DNA from: Spirochaetia bacterium
GTDB lineage: Bacteria > Spirochaetota > Spirochaetia > SZUA-6 > Bin103
Reading direction: 5' to 3'
Assembly (NCBI GenBank): GCA_965198005.1
Contig: CBDAOI010000002.1
Location: 608,001-672,000 of the forward strand
Length of the DNA stretch: 64,000 nt
Shown here: positions 29,786 through 38,687 of the stretch, in pieces
Layout: every line of letters starts with the position of its first letter
How positions within the stretch are numbered: position 1 is the first letter of the stretch
The notes under the pieces: model-generated
Seen by the model: the letters and a program-made list of their open reading frames with translations, nothing else
The model's database searches: none
What the model was told of the DNA's origin: nothing
Translations under genes and position numbers: made by a program

Positions 29786-30868
29786 CTAGTTCTCGACCAG
29801 CGCGCCGGTGAGCTGCTCGATCGCCGCCAGCGCGGCCGCACCGGGAAGATCGGTGCGCGCCTTGAGCTGATCCAGCGTTTGCCGGTACGCGGCGTGCGCG
29901 ATTCGCCGCGCTTCGTCGATTGCGCCGGTACCGTCGAGCAGCGCGATCGCCTCCTCGATCAGAGCGTGGCGGTCGGCCCCCGCAGCCGGCCGGCGGATCG
30001 CGGCCAGCAGCTCCTGCAGCCGCGCGCGCGCCGGCGCATCGCGCTGGCAGTAGAGCACCACCGGCAGGCTTTTCTTGCCTTCTATCAGGTCGTCGCCGCG
30101 CCGCTTGCCGGGATTGCCGGTGGTGAGGTTGAGCACGTCGTCGACGATCTGGAAGCAGACGCCGAACTCCTCCCCGCGGCGCCGCAGGAACCCGGTCAGT
30201 GCGGCGGGCGCGCCGGCGGCCACCGCTCCCAGGCCGGTGGCCAGTCCCGCCAGGCTGCCCGACTTGAACCGGCACATGGTCCGGTACTCTTCGACCGTGG
30301 GCAGCCGCGCCGGATCGCGGTGCCAGAGGATGTCCAGTCCCTGGCCGTAGTGCATCCGCTGCAGGGCCTCGAAGTACAGCCGCACCACCTCCAGCTCGGC
30401 GGCGGCGCCGAGCCGGGCGGCGGCGATGCAGCTCGCCGGCAGGAAGTACAGCAGGTTGCCGGCGTTGATCGCCAGATCCAGCCCGTGCCGCAGATGCACG
30501 GCCGGCTGTCCGCGCCGCAGGTCGGAGCCGTCCTCGATGTCGTCGATGATCAGGCTGCCGGTGTGGGCCAGCTCCACGACCGGACACAGCGGCACGGCGG
30601 TTTCTTCCGCGCCGCCGCACAGACGGCACGTGAGGACCAGCAGCAGTGAGCGCCAGCGCTTGCCGCCGCGCGCGATCAGGTCGCGGGCGGGCGCTTCGAT
30701 CTCCAGGAGCTGCCGCTGATCGCCGAACTCCGCGGTCGCATTGCCGCGCTGCCGCCACACGGCGCCTGCTTCCGCACCCGCGGCCGGGGGAGCGTCCGGC
30801 AACGCCGCCGCCACGGCCCGCTCGATCTCGTCCAACAGACGCGCGAAGGGCGCCGGAGCCGCAACCAT
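29786..30868 (-). CDS. polyprenyl diphosphate synthase
   Basis: GGKRWR, IIDDIED...RRG, GQGLDI, FQIVDDVL. Confidence 0.92.
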   Translation of the reverse strand: MVAAPAPFARLLDEIERAVAAALPDAPPAAGAEAGAVWRQRGNATAEFGDQRQLLEIEAPARDLIARGGKRWRSLLLVLTCRLCGGAEETAVPLCPVVELAHTGSLIIDDIEDGSDLRRGQPAVHLRHGLDLAINAGNLLYFLPASCIAAARLGAAAELEVVRLYFEALQRMHYGQGLDILWHRDPARLPTVEEYRTMCRFKSGSLAGLATGLGAVAAGAPAALTGFLRRRGEEFGVCFQIVDDVLNLTTGNPGKRRGDDLIEGKKSLPVVLYCQRDAPARARLQELLAAIRRPAAGADRHALIEEAIALLDGTGAIDEARRIAHAAYRQTLDQLKARTDLPGAAALAAIEQLTGALVEN

Positions 30869-31046
30869 CGCCGCCAGCCTAGTCCAAACCCGCCAGCGAG
30901 TGCAACGCCGCACCGCGCAGCGCATGCGCAGCGCACGGCGCGCACGGTGATGGCCGCGCGCTACGCGCCGCCCGCGCCTCGAAGCGAGACTTTTCCGGCG
31001 GGTTTGGGTACCGTGCGTCCGTGCGGTGCGACCTGGGCGGAGAGCG

Positions 31047-32447
31047 GTGAGCGGCGAGCGCGTCATCAAGTTCGGCGGCAGCTCGCTGGCGGACAGCGAA
31101 CGGCTGGACCGCGCGCTGGCGGTGGCCGGGCAGCGGCTGGCCGCCGGCGGGGTGGCGGTGTTCTCGGCCATGGGGGGGACGACCGATCGGTTGATCGACG
31201 CCGCGCACACGGCGGCCGGCGGCGGCGACACGCGGGAGCAGATAGCCGAACTGCGCACGCGCCACGTGCAGGCGGTGCACGACCTGTGTCCTCCGCGCGC
31301 CCAGTCCGCCATCCTCACGCGGCTCCAGTTGCTGCTGTCGGAATTGGAGGACGTGCTGCACGGCGTGAGTCTGCTGCGCGAGTGCTCGCCGCGCACGCTC
31401 GACCTGGTAATGAGCTTCGGCGAGCGGCTGATCACCACCATGACCGCGGCGCTGCTGGCCGAGCGCGGCGCACCGGCGCGATTGGTGGACGCGCGCGCGC
31501 TGATCGTGACCGATGCCGAACACGGGCGCGCGGCCGTGCAGTTCGCGGTCACCTACGAGCGGATACGCGCTACGCTGCGGCCCGCCCTGCAGGCGCGCGC
31601 CCCCGCGCTGTGCGTGGTGCCCGGGTTCATCGGCGCCAGCGGCGCGGGCGTCACCACCACGCTGGGGCGGGACGGATCGGACTACACCGCGTCGCTGCTC
31701 GCGGCCGGGCTGCAGGCGGGCGAGCTGGAGATCTGGACCGACGTCGACGGCGTGCTGAGCGCCGATCCGCGGCACGTCCCGGAGGCGTTCGTGATTCCGC
31801 AGCTCAGCTACCAGGAAGCGATGGAGATGTCCTACTTCGGGGCGCGCGTGATTCATCCGCACACCCTGATCCCGGTGGTGGAGCAGCGTATCCCGGTGCA
31901 CGTGCGCAACACCAGGCGGCCGGAGCAGGCCGGCACCCGGATCACGCACCAGCCGAGCGCGGACAGCCGGGCGATTACCGGGATCGCCTCGGTGGACTCG
32001 ATCGCCCTGGTGAACGTCGAGGGCGGCGGCATGCTCGGCGCCTGCGGGATGGCGGCGCGTGTGCTCGGCGCCCTGGCGCGCGGCCAGATCAACGTGATGA
32101 TGATCTCGCAGGCGTCGTCCGAGCACAGCATCTGTCTGGTGCTGCGCGCCGCCGAGGCGGATGCCGCGCTCGCCGCGCTGCACGCCGAGTTGGCATTGGA
32201 ACTGGAAACCAGACGGATCGACCACTTCGAGGTGCAACGCGACCTGGCGATCGTCGCCATCATCGGCGAGCACATGCGCGGCACGCCGGGCATCGCCGGC
32301 CAGTTGTTCGCCGCGCTCGGCGCGCACGGGATCAACGTGCTGGCGATCGCCCAGGGCTCCTCGGAACGCAACATCTCGCTGGTGATCGCCGAGCGCGACG
32401 AGCGGGAAGCGCTGCGCGTGATTCACGCGGCGTTCCTCGGCGACTGA
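31047..32447 (+). CDS. aspartate kinase with two ACT domains (no homoserine dehydrogenase domain)
   Basis: KFGGSS, SAMGGTTD, TLGRDGSDY, WTDVDG, SQASSEHSI, QGSSERNIS. Confidence 0.93.
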   Translation: MSGERVIKFGGSSLADSERLDRALAVAGQRLAAGGVAVFSAMGGTTDRLIDAAHTAAGGGDTREQIAELRTRHVQAVHDLCPPRAQSAILTRLQLLLSELEDVLHGVSLLRECSPRTLDLVMSFGERLITTMTAALLAERGAPARLVDARALIVTDAEHGRAAVQFAVTYERIRATLRPALQARAPALCVVPGFIGASGAGVTTTLGRDGSDYTASLLAAGLQAGELEIWTDVDGVLSADPRHVPEAFVIPQLSYQEAMEMSYFGARVIHPHTLIPVVEQRIPVHVRNTRRPEQAGTRITHQPSADSRAITGIASVDSIALVNVEGGGMLGACGMAARVLGALARGQINVMMISQASSEHSICLVLRAAEADAALAALHAELALELETRRIDHFEVQRDLAIVAIIGEHMRGTPGIAGQLFAALGAHGINVLAIAQGSSERNISLVIAERDEREALRVIHAAFLGD

Positions 32448-32450
32448 GCC

Positions 32451-33392
32451 GTGCCGCCGCTGCAGTCGGTTACCGCGTTCGCGCCCGCCACGGTCGCCAA
32501 CGTGGGCTCGGGATTCGACGTGCTGGGGTTCGCCGTGGCCCGCCCGGGCGACACGGTGCGCGCCCGGCGGCGGCCGGCGCCCGGCGTGACGCTGCGCGCG
32601 GTCACGGGCGACGCCGGCCGCTTGCCGCGCGACGACCGCAATACCGCGGTGGTGGCGGTGCGCATGCTGCTGGAGCGGCTGCAGCAACCGTTCGGGGTGG
32701 ACCTGGAGTTGCGCAAGGGGATGCCGCTCGCCTCCGGGCTGGGCAGCTCGGCGTGCAGCGCCGCGGCCGCGCTGCACGCGGTGAACCGGTTGGCGGGCGA
32801 ACCGCTGCCGCCGGAGGAGCTGCTGCCGTGCGCCCTGGAGGCGGAGCGGGTGGCGGCCGGCGCGGGACACGCGGACAATGCCGCGCCCGCGCTGCTGGGC
32901 GGGTTCGTCCTGGTCCGCAGCAGCGACCCGTTGGACCTGGTGCGGCTGCCGGTGCCGGCCGGCCTGGCGGCGGCGCTGCTCAGCCCGGACGTGGAGATTC
33001 CCACCGAGGCGGCGCGGCGCATGCTGCGCAAGCAGATCCGCCTCACGGACGCGGTCGCGCAATGGGGCAATCTGGCGGCCCTGGTGGCGTCGCTGTATAC
33101 CGGCGACCTGGAGCTGATGGGCCGCTCGCTGTGCGACGTGGTGGCCGAGCCGGTGCGCGCGGTGCTGATTCCCGGCTTCGGGCGGGTGAAGGAGGCCGCT
33201 TTGGCCAACGGGGCGATCGGCTGCTCGATATCCGGTGCCGGGCCGGCGGTGTTTGCACTGGCGGAGTCCAAGTCCCGGGCGACCGTTGTCGGCAAAGCCA
33301 TGCAGGCCGCGTTCAGGACCGCCGGACTGAACGCCGAACTTTACGTTTCGCAGATCAACCGGTCCGGTCCCCGGGTGGTGGAGGAATGCTGA
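32451..33392 (+). CDS. thrB: homoserine kinase
   Basis: APATVANVGSGFD, PLASGLGSSA, HADN, SGAGP. Confidence 0.95.
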   Translation: MPPLQSVTAFAPATVANVGSGFDVLGFAVARPGDTVRARRRPAPGVTLRAVTGDAGRLPRDDRNTAVVAVRMLLERLQQPFGVDLELRKGMPLASGLGSSACSAAAALHAVNRLAGEPLPPEELLPCALEAERVAAGAGHADNAAPALLGGFVLVRSSDPLDLVRLPVPAGLAAALLSPDVEIPTEAARRMLRKQIRLTDAVAQWGNLAALVASLYTGDLELMGRSLCDVVAEPVRAVLIPGFGRVKEAALANGAIGCSISGAGPAVFALAESKSRATVVGKAMQAAFRTAGLNAELYVSQINRSGPRVVEEC

Positions 33393-33424
33393 CCGCCGCG
33401 GGACAATCGGCAGGAGGACGGTGA

Positions 33425-34798
33425 GTGCACGTCTGTTCTACCCGCGATCCGATGGTGCGGCTGTCGTTCAGCGCCTCGCTGCTGGCGGGGCTGCCGCCCG
33501 GCGGCGGCCTCTACCAGCCGGCGCCGCCGCCGGACCTGCGGCGGGAGATCGCCGCCCTGCCGGATCAGGCACCGTACGTGGAAGTGGCGGCGGCGCTGAG
33601 CGCGGCGCTGTTCGCCGAGGAGTTGGCGGGACGGGCCGGCGGGCCGGCGGCTGTGGCAGACGCGGCGCGCGCGCTGGCCGCGGCGGCGTTTCCGTTCGCG
33701 CCCGCCCTGCGCCGGCTCAGCGACGGGATCGTCCTGCTGGAGCTGTTCCACGGCCCGACCTGCGCATTCAAGGACTTCGGCGCCTCCTTTCTGGCGACCC
33801 TGCTTGAGCACGGGCTCGCCGGAGACTCCCGTAGCGGCCGGGCCGGCAGTGGCGGGGCCGTGGTGCTGGTGGCGACCTCCGGCGACACCGGCGGCGCGGT
33901 GGCGCGCGCGTTCTGGCGGCGCGCCGGCATCGAGGTGGTGCTGCTCTATCCGTCGGGCCGGATCAGCCGCCTGCAGGAGCAGCAGCTCACCACCCTGGGC
34001 GACAACGTCCACGCGCTGGAGGTGGCCGGCTCGTTCGACGACTGCCAGCGGCTGGTGAAGGGCGCCCTGGCCGACCCCGAGCTGGTAGCGGCGGCGCGCC
34101 TGTGCCCGGCCAACTCGATCAGTCTCGGCCGCCTGCTGCCGCAGGCGTTCTACTACGTCTTCGCCGGCCTCCGGCTGCGCGCCCGCGGCCGCCCGCTGTT
34201 CTGCGTGCCCAGCGGCAACTTCGGCAATCTGACGGCGGGGCTGTACGCCGCGCAGTGGGGGCTGCCGGTGGCCGGCTTCTGGGCGGCCACCAACCGCAAC
34301 GACGTGGTGCCGCAGTACCTCGACACCGGCGAGTGGCAGCCCCATGCCAGCTTCGCGACCCTGTCCAACGCCATGGACGTAGGCGACCCGTCCAACCTCG
34401 AACGCATCCTGGCGCGCTGGAACCACGACCCGGCGGCGCTGCGCACCAATCTGCGCGGCTGCGCCGTGAGCGACGAGGAGACCCTTGCCACCATCCGGCA
34501 CGTGCACGAGACCGACGGCCGGCTGGTGGACCCGCACACCGCGGTGGGCATCGCCGCCGCCCGCCGCCTGCGCGCGGACCGGCCCGGCGGGGGCGAACCG
34601 ACGCCCATCGTGGTGCTGGCCACCGCCGACGCCGGCAAGTTCCCGGAAACGGTGCGCCGTGCCACCGGCGTCACCCCGCCCGTACCGGCGCCGCTGCGGG
34701 AGCTGCTGGACCGCCCCAAGCAGGCCACGCCGCTGGAGCCGCAGTTCCCCGCGCTGCGGGCCTTCATCCTTTCGCAGACCGCCGCCGGCGCCCGGTAA
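33425..34798 (+). CDS. thrC: threonine synthase
   Basis: ELFHGPTCAFKD, ATSGDTG, VPSGNFGN, NAMDVG. Confidence 0.95.
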   Translation: MHVCSTRDPMVRLSFSASLLAGLPPGGGLYQPAPPPDLRREIAALPDQAPYVEVAAALSAALFAEELAGRAGGPAAVADAARALAAAAFPFAPALRRLSDGIVLLELFHGPTCAFKDFGASFLATLLEHGLAGDSRSGRAGSGGAVVLVATSGDTGGAVARAFWRRAGIEVVLLYPSGRISRLQEQQLTTLGDNVHALEVAGSFDDCQRLVKGALADPELVAAARLCPANSISLGRLLPQAFYYVFAGLRLRARGRPLFCVPSGNFGNLTAGLYAAQWGLPVAGFWAATNRNDVVPQYLDTGEWQPHASFATLSNAMDVGDPSNLERILARWNHDPAALRTNLRGCAVSDEETLATIRHVHETDGRLVDPHTAVGIAAARRLRADRPGGGEPTPIVVLATADAGKFPETVRRATGVTPPVPAPLRELLDRPKQATPLEPQFPALRAFILSQTAAGAR

Positions 34799-34805
34799 CG
34801 CGCCC

Positions 34806-35579
34806 GTGAACCAGTCCGCGCCGCTGCCTCGGGAGGCCGGCGAACGGCCCCCGCGCACCATCTTCGTCGGCGACGTCCACGGCTGCTGCGCCGAGTTCCT
34901 GGCCCTGCTGGAGGCGGTCCGGTTCGCGCCGGACCGCTACCGCCTGCTGCTGACCGGCGACGCCTGCACCCGCGGCCCCGACCCGGTCGGCGTGTGGCAG
35001 GCGATCCGCGCCACCGGCGCCGAGATGGTGCTCGGCAACCACGAAGACTGGCTGCTGCCGCAACTGCGCGCGGTCGCCGCCGGCACCACGTCCGCCGCCA
35101 TCAAGGAATCTCGCGGCCTCCAGGTGCGGACGCTAGCCCCCTACGCCGTCGAGCTCGCGGCGTGGCTGGCGACGGTGCCACTGTGGATCGACGACCCGCG
35201 CTTCCTGCTGGTCCACGCCGGCGTCAACCCCGAGCTGGGCCTGGCCGGCAGCACGCGCGACGAGCTGCTCGCCATCCGCACCTGGCCGCCGACCGGCGGC
35301 ATCGTCGGCCCGCGCTGGCACGACCACGTGGCCCCCGGCGGCAAGCTGATCGTGTTCGGCCACGACGCCCCCGGCGGCCTGGTCGTAAAGCGTCCCCCCA
35401 GCACCGGCCCGGACGCCCGCCCCTACCTGGTCGGCCGCGACAGCGCCTGCGTCTTCGGCGGCCAGCTCAGCGCCTACCTCCTGGAGGAAGACCGCATCCT
35501 CCAGGTCCCCGCCCGCCGCCAGTGGTCTGACTTTCACGACCGATACGGTGGTGACGGATGTCCCTTGCCCGTAGTTTAA
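34806..35579 (+). CDS. metallophosphoesterase (ApaH/PP1-like)
   Basis: GDVHG, GD..RG, GNHE, HAG, FGH, DSACV. Confidence 0.85.
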   Translation: MNQSAPLPREAGERPPRTIFVGDVHGCCAEFLALLEAVRFAPDRYRLLLTGDACTRGPDPVGVWQAIRATGAEMVLGNHEDWLLPQLRAVAAGTTSAAIKESRGLQVRTLAPYAVELAAWLATVPLWIDDPRFLLVHAGVNPELGLAGSTRDELLAIRTWPPTGGIVGPRWHDHVAPGGKLIVFGHDAPGGLVVKRPPSTGPDARPYLVGRDSACVFGGQLSAYLLEEDRILQVPARRQWSDFHDRYGGDGCPLPVV

Positions 35580-35647
35580 TTTAGTACTACAACGCTACAA
35601 CGAGGGTTGGAGTTTGGACAAAATCCTCAGTTCGTCCGGGCCAGCAG

Positions 35648-36688
35648 CTAACCGGTCTCGCTGGTGGTTCGAGTGCTGTCGGAGAGTGCCCCCGCCAGCC
35701 GGTCAATCTCATCGCGATTCGTGACGAATCCCTGGAATCCCTCGTAGTCGGGACCAGCGCTATGGTAATAGATCCAATCCTCATGCGCCGCCGGCATCAA
35801 ATCCTCGACATCTGTCTCGTCTAGGCCAGTGAGAGCCGCGAATCGATTCTTGTACAGCTGGTATCGGAGACCGTCATGCGCACTGCTTTCTCCGGGCAGC
35901 AAGCTGATGACGTTCTTGCGCCGCCCAGCGAAGAGATTGGTGAATCCGATGGAACTCCTTGTTCGGGTTTTCTGCAGGCTGCGTTCGAACGCAGAGACCG
36001 CGTGCTGGTAGAGATCTTGGATACCGGATTCCTCGGCAAGCCGTTCAAGCTCCTCATAGGTGAGATTGGGACGACGCTTGGATGTCCCCTTGGTGCGACT
36101 ATGTAGCTCCACCGCCGACGGATCAATCACGAATACGCGTGCGAGGAACTCCGTCCCGTCGGGCGTTCGGTAGTACTGGAAGGTGGCAGCGTTGATATTA
36201 ACTCCGTGCTTGTCGGACAAGTACTTGATGATTCGCTCCGAGCTCGCGTCGATCTGCGAGCCAACAATCAGTACGCGGTGGTCACCGTTGAGCGTCTCCG
36301 GTACGTCCGTGCCAAAGCTACTCCTGTAGGCCCGCCGGAATCCCGTCTCCCGCAGATATGCCTCAGCGATGGTAGTGACCCGCTCATTGGACAGATCCAT
36401 AACCCACGAACCGTACTCGAGCGCCTGCGCCGTGATCTCCCGTGGTGTCTTGTCTCGCTTGAGCTCGACTACAACAAGGTCGCCGACTGCGTCGATGCAG
36501 AGAAGATCAACATAACCGCCGAAGTCAGTCGGGACCTCACGCCCGATAACGAGAAGCCGGGGATCCAAGATGGATATGTCTCGGGCGAGCCAACCCTGAA
36601 GACGCGCCTCGAGATCAAGGGACTCGCGTTGGACTTCCTTGAGCTGCTCGTCGGGCCCCACCTGCCAAAGGCGAACTTCGTTCGGCAT
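35648..36688 (-). CDS. NucS/EndoMS-like PD-(D/E)XK nuclease domain protein
   Basis: EARLQGW, IGREV, VDLL, VVELKRD, QALEY; lower GC than flanking core genes. Confidence 0.8.
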   Translation of the reverse strand: MPNEVRLWQVGPDEQLKEVQRESLDLEARLQGWLARDISILDPRLLVIGREVPTDFGGYVDLLCIDAVGDLVVVELKRDKTPREITAQALEYGSWVMDLSNERVTTIAEAYLRETGFRRAYRSSFGTDVPETLNGDHRVLIVGSQIDASSERIIKYLSDKHGVNINAATFQYYRTPDGTEFLARVFVIDPSAVELHSRTKGTSKRRPNLTYEELERLAEESGIQDLYQHAVSAFERSLQKTRTRSSIGFTNLFAGRRKNVISLLPGESSAHDGLRYQLYKNRFAALTGLDETDVEDLMPAAHEDWIYYHSAGPDYEGFQGFVTNRDEIDRLAGALSDSTRTTSETG

Positions 36689-36886
36689 CCAGTCCCCCTG
36701 TATCACTCACGCCACCGGCCCGCCCCGTCACGCACGCCGAAAGGCGAAGGCGAAGAGCACCGGACAGATTGTGACAACTGGCCGGTCACAGTATCCGTGG
36801 CCCCTCCGCCAGAACTCACCTAACCACCATAGGTGGAAGCGCCTAGACGTGTCAACAGGGTTTGACGGTGAATACGTCGACAAATG

Positions 36887-36916
36887 ATGGACTATGGTCA
36901 TAATCCATGGTACAAT
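36887..36916 (+). promoter_or_regulatory. palindromic operator and extended -10 of the phd-like gene
   Basis: ATGGACTATG-gt-CATAATCCAT (one mismatch) followed by TGgTACAAT. Confidence 0.55.
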
Positions 36917-36926
36917 TGTCGGGGAC

Positions 36927-37220
36927 GTGGAGGAAATTCGGATCTCGACGTTCAAGGCCACCTGTCTCGCCGTTCTGGATCGCGTGGGAAAGACGCGCGT
37001 TCCGGTGCTCGTGACGCGATTTTGCAAGCCGGTCGCGCAGATCGTCCCGCCTCCCCCCGTTGCGCGGGACGACGGGTGGCTGGGCTGCATGCGGGACCGC
37101 ACGACAATCGTCGGTGACATCGTCTCCCCCGCGTCAGATCCCGTCGGACTGGGACGTGCTGCGCCAGAATCGAACGGAGCACTGCGAGAACTGCGGCAAA
37201 GAGGTCCATCATCCGTTTGA
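36927..37220 (+). pseudogene. Phd/YefM antitoxin, frameshifted near the 3' end; no toxin gene
   Basis: ISTFKATCLAVLDRV...VLVTRFCKPVAQIVPP...VGDIVSP; DWDVLR tail in another frame. Confidence 0.75.
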
Positions 37221-37470
37221 GACCGTCCGATTTGGTAACGGCACACCGCGATTGCTGTGCAACGCCTGCTACAACGAGGAAGTCGCATCGCGCGCCGGCA
37301 TCGACTTCCGGCACCCGGAGTTCCCGCCCGTGCAACTGGTCGACTCCGCCGGCACCGTCCACACCTTTCACTTCGCGACCCGGCTGGTCGATGTATCCCG
37401 GATGTCCATCGAAGCGTACGAACCGCATGCCGATCCCGGGTATCGGTTTCAGGTCATTGCCGGCTCTGCG
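37165..37470 (+). pseudogene. fragment of a Cys-rich zinc-binding hypothetical protein
   Basis: CENC...LCNACYNEEVA...VDSAGTVHTFHF...GYRFQVI. Confidence 0.5.
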
Positions 37471-37524
37471 GGCGCCCCCAGGAGCTGCATCAGCGCTTGC
37501 TGGGAAAGCCCTTCGCAGCCAGCT

Positions 37525-37932
37525 CAGGAACTCGTCCGCGGCCTGCTTTCCGGCGGAAGCTGATAGTCGGAGCCCTTGAGCAGGCGATTGATCAGGATCG
37601 AGAGCTCGTCAATCGCCAACGCAACCCGCTCCTTGTGGTGATCCAGAGCGGCGAACAGTTCGTTCGCCCTTTGTTTCCACGTTCCGCGCTCGATCCCGCT
37701 ACGCAGCTTGGCCTTTACTTCGCCGATGCCTACATCTTCAATGTAATCGCCGACGTATTACAAGCCACGCTTGATGCGCCCCACAGCCTCTGTGCCTGTG
37801 TGGTCGCGGCCGCGACCTCGGCGATGGCGTCCTGCGGGTCGCGCGCGTCCTCGAGATCGACGAACAGCGGCGTCACCTCACCCGCGGCGTCCAGCCCACG
37901 CAGGGTGTCGCGCATCAGGCTGGTCTTGCCCA
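37525..37932 (-). pseudogene. P-loop ATPase fragment, paralog of 46425-46743
   Basis: GKTSLMRD...LFVDLEDARDPQDA; after a frameshift, Walker B LAIDELSIL. Confidence 0.7.
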
Positions 37933-38562
37933 AGCCCGTCGAATCCTACCAGTGAGTTCATCACCACGAGCGAATCACCAAGGATCAGCCGGTTCACCCA
38001 CCCATTGCGATGCTCGTAGGCCTTTGAGCAACCGGTAGTGAATGGGCAGATCGCTCTCGCCGAACAACTCGAACTGCGTCGGCTGGTCGTCCGGCCGATG
38101 CCCCTTCAGCGTCTCCAGGATAGCGGCGGTTGACAACCGTTCGTGCACGAATAGCGGCAGTGTTGGCACCTCGAACGACAGCCGCTCCGCTTTGCCCGCC
38201 CAGTTGAGAAACGACTTGGACAGCGCCCGCAGTTCCGCGAGGTGCCGCTGCGCGTTGGCAAGCTCGCGGCGTGCCGAGGTGCAATCTTCCTCCGACCACG
38301 GCTCGGTACCGGCACCGTCGAGGCTCGCCGACAGGCGCGTGATGTGCTGCTCCAACGAGGCAATCCTCGCCTCGCCCTGCTCCCGTGCCGGATTCTGCCC
38401 ATCCCACTCCAGCGACGGCGCCAGCGAAGAGTCGTAGCGATAGGCGGTCACCGGCTTCTTCTTGCGAAACTGCGGCTGGATGCCAATATCCGGCCGCAGC
38501 AGCGCTTCCGCTTCTGGGTGGCGGTAGTTGTCCGAGCGTCTAGGCGGCTTCCTGCGCCTCAT
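37930..38562 (-). pseudogene. type III R-M Mod-like DNA methyltransferase, N-terminal remnant
   Basis: YRYDSSLAPSLEWD, LNWAGKAE, FEVPTLPLFVHERLS, then YEHRNGWVNRLILGDSLVVMNSL after a frameshift. Confidence 0.8.
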
Positions 38563-38687
38563 CCATGTATCTCCTGTTGGCCCTTTGTTACGCTACCATG
38601 CCGGGCAACAGCGCGATAATCTGGTGGGCGGTCAGTTCCACACCGTCGCGACCATCGGGTGGAGCGTAGACAGAACACGTAAATGCG

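Noticed and set aside
36770-36870. CRP/FNR-type sites (TGTGAC...GTCACA; GTCAA...TTGAC)
   Set aside because: Spacing and orientation do not fit the canonical TGTGA-N6-TCACA or TTGAT-N4-ATCAA sites
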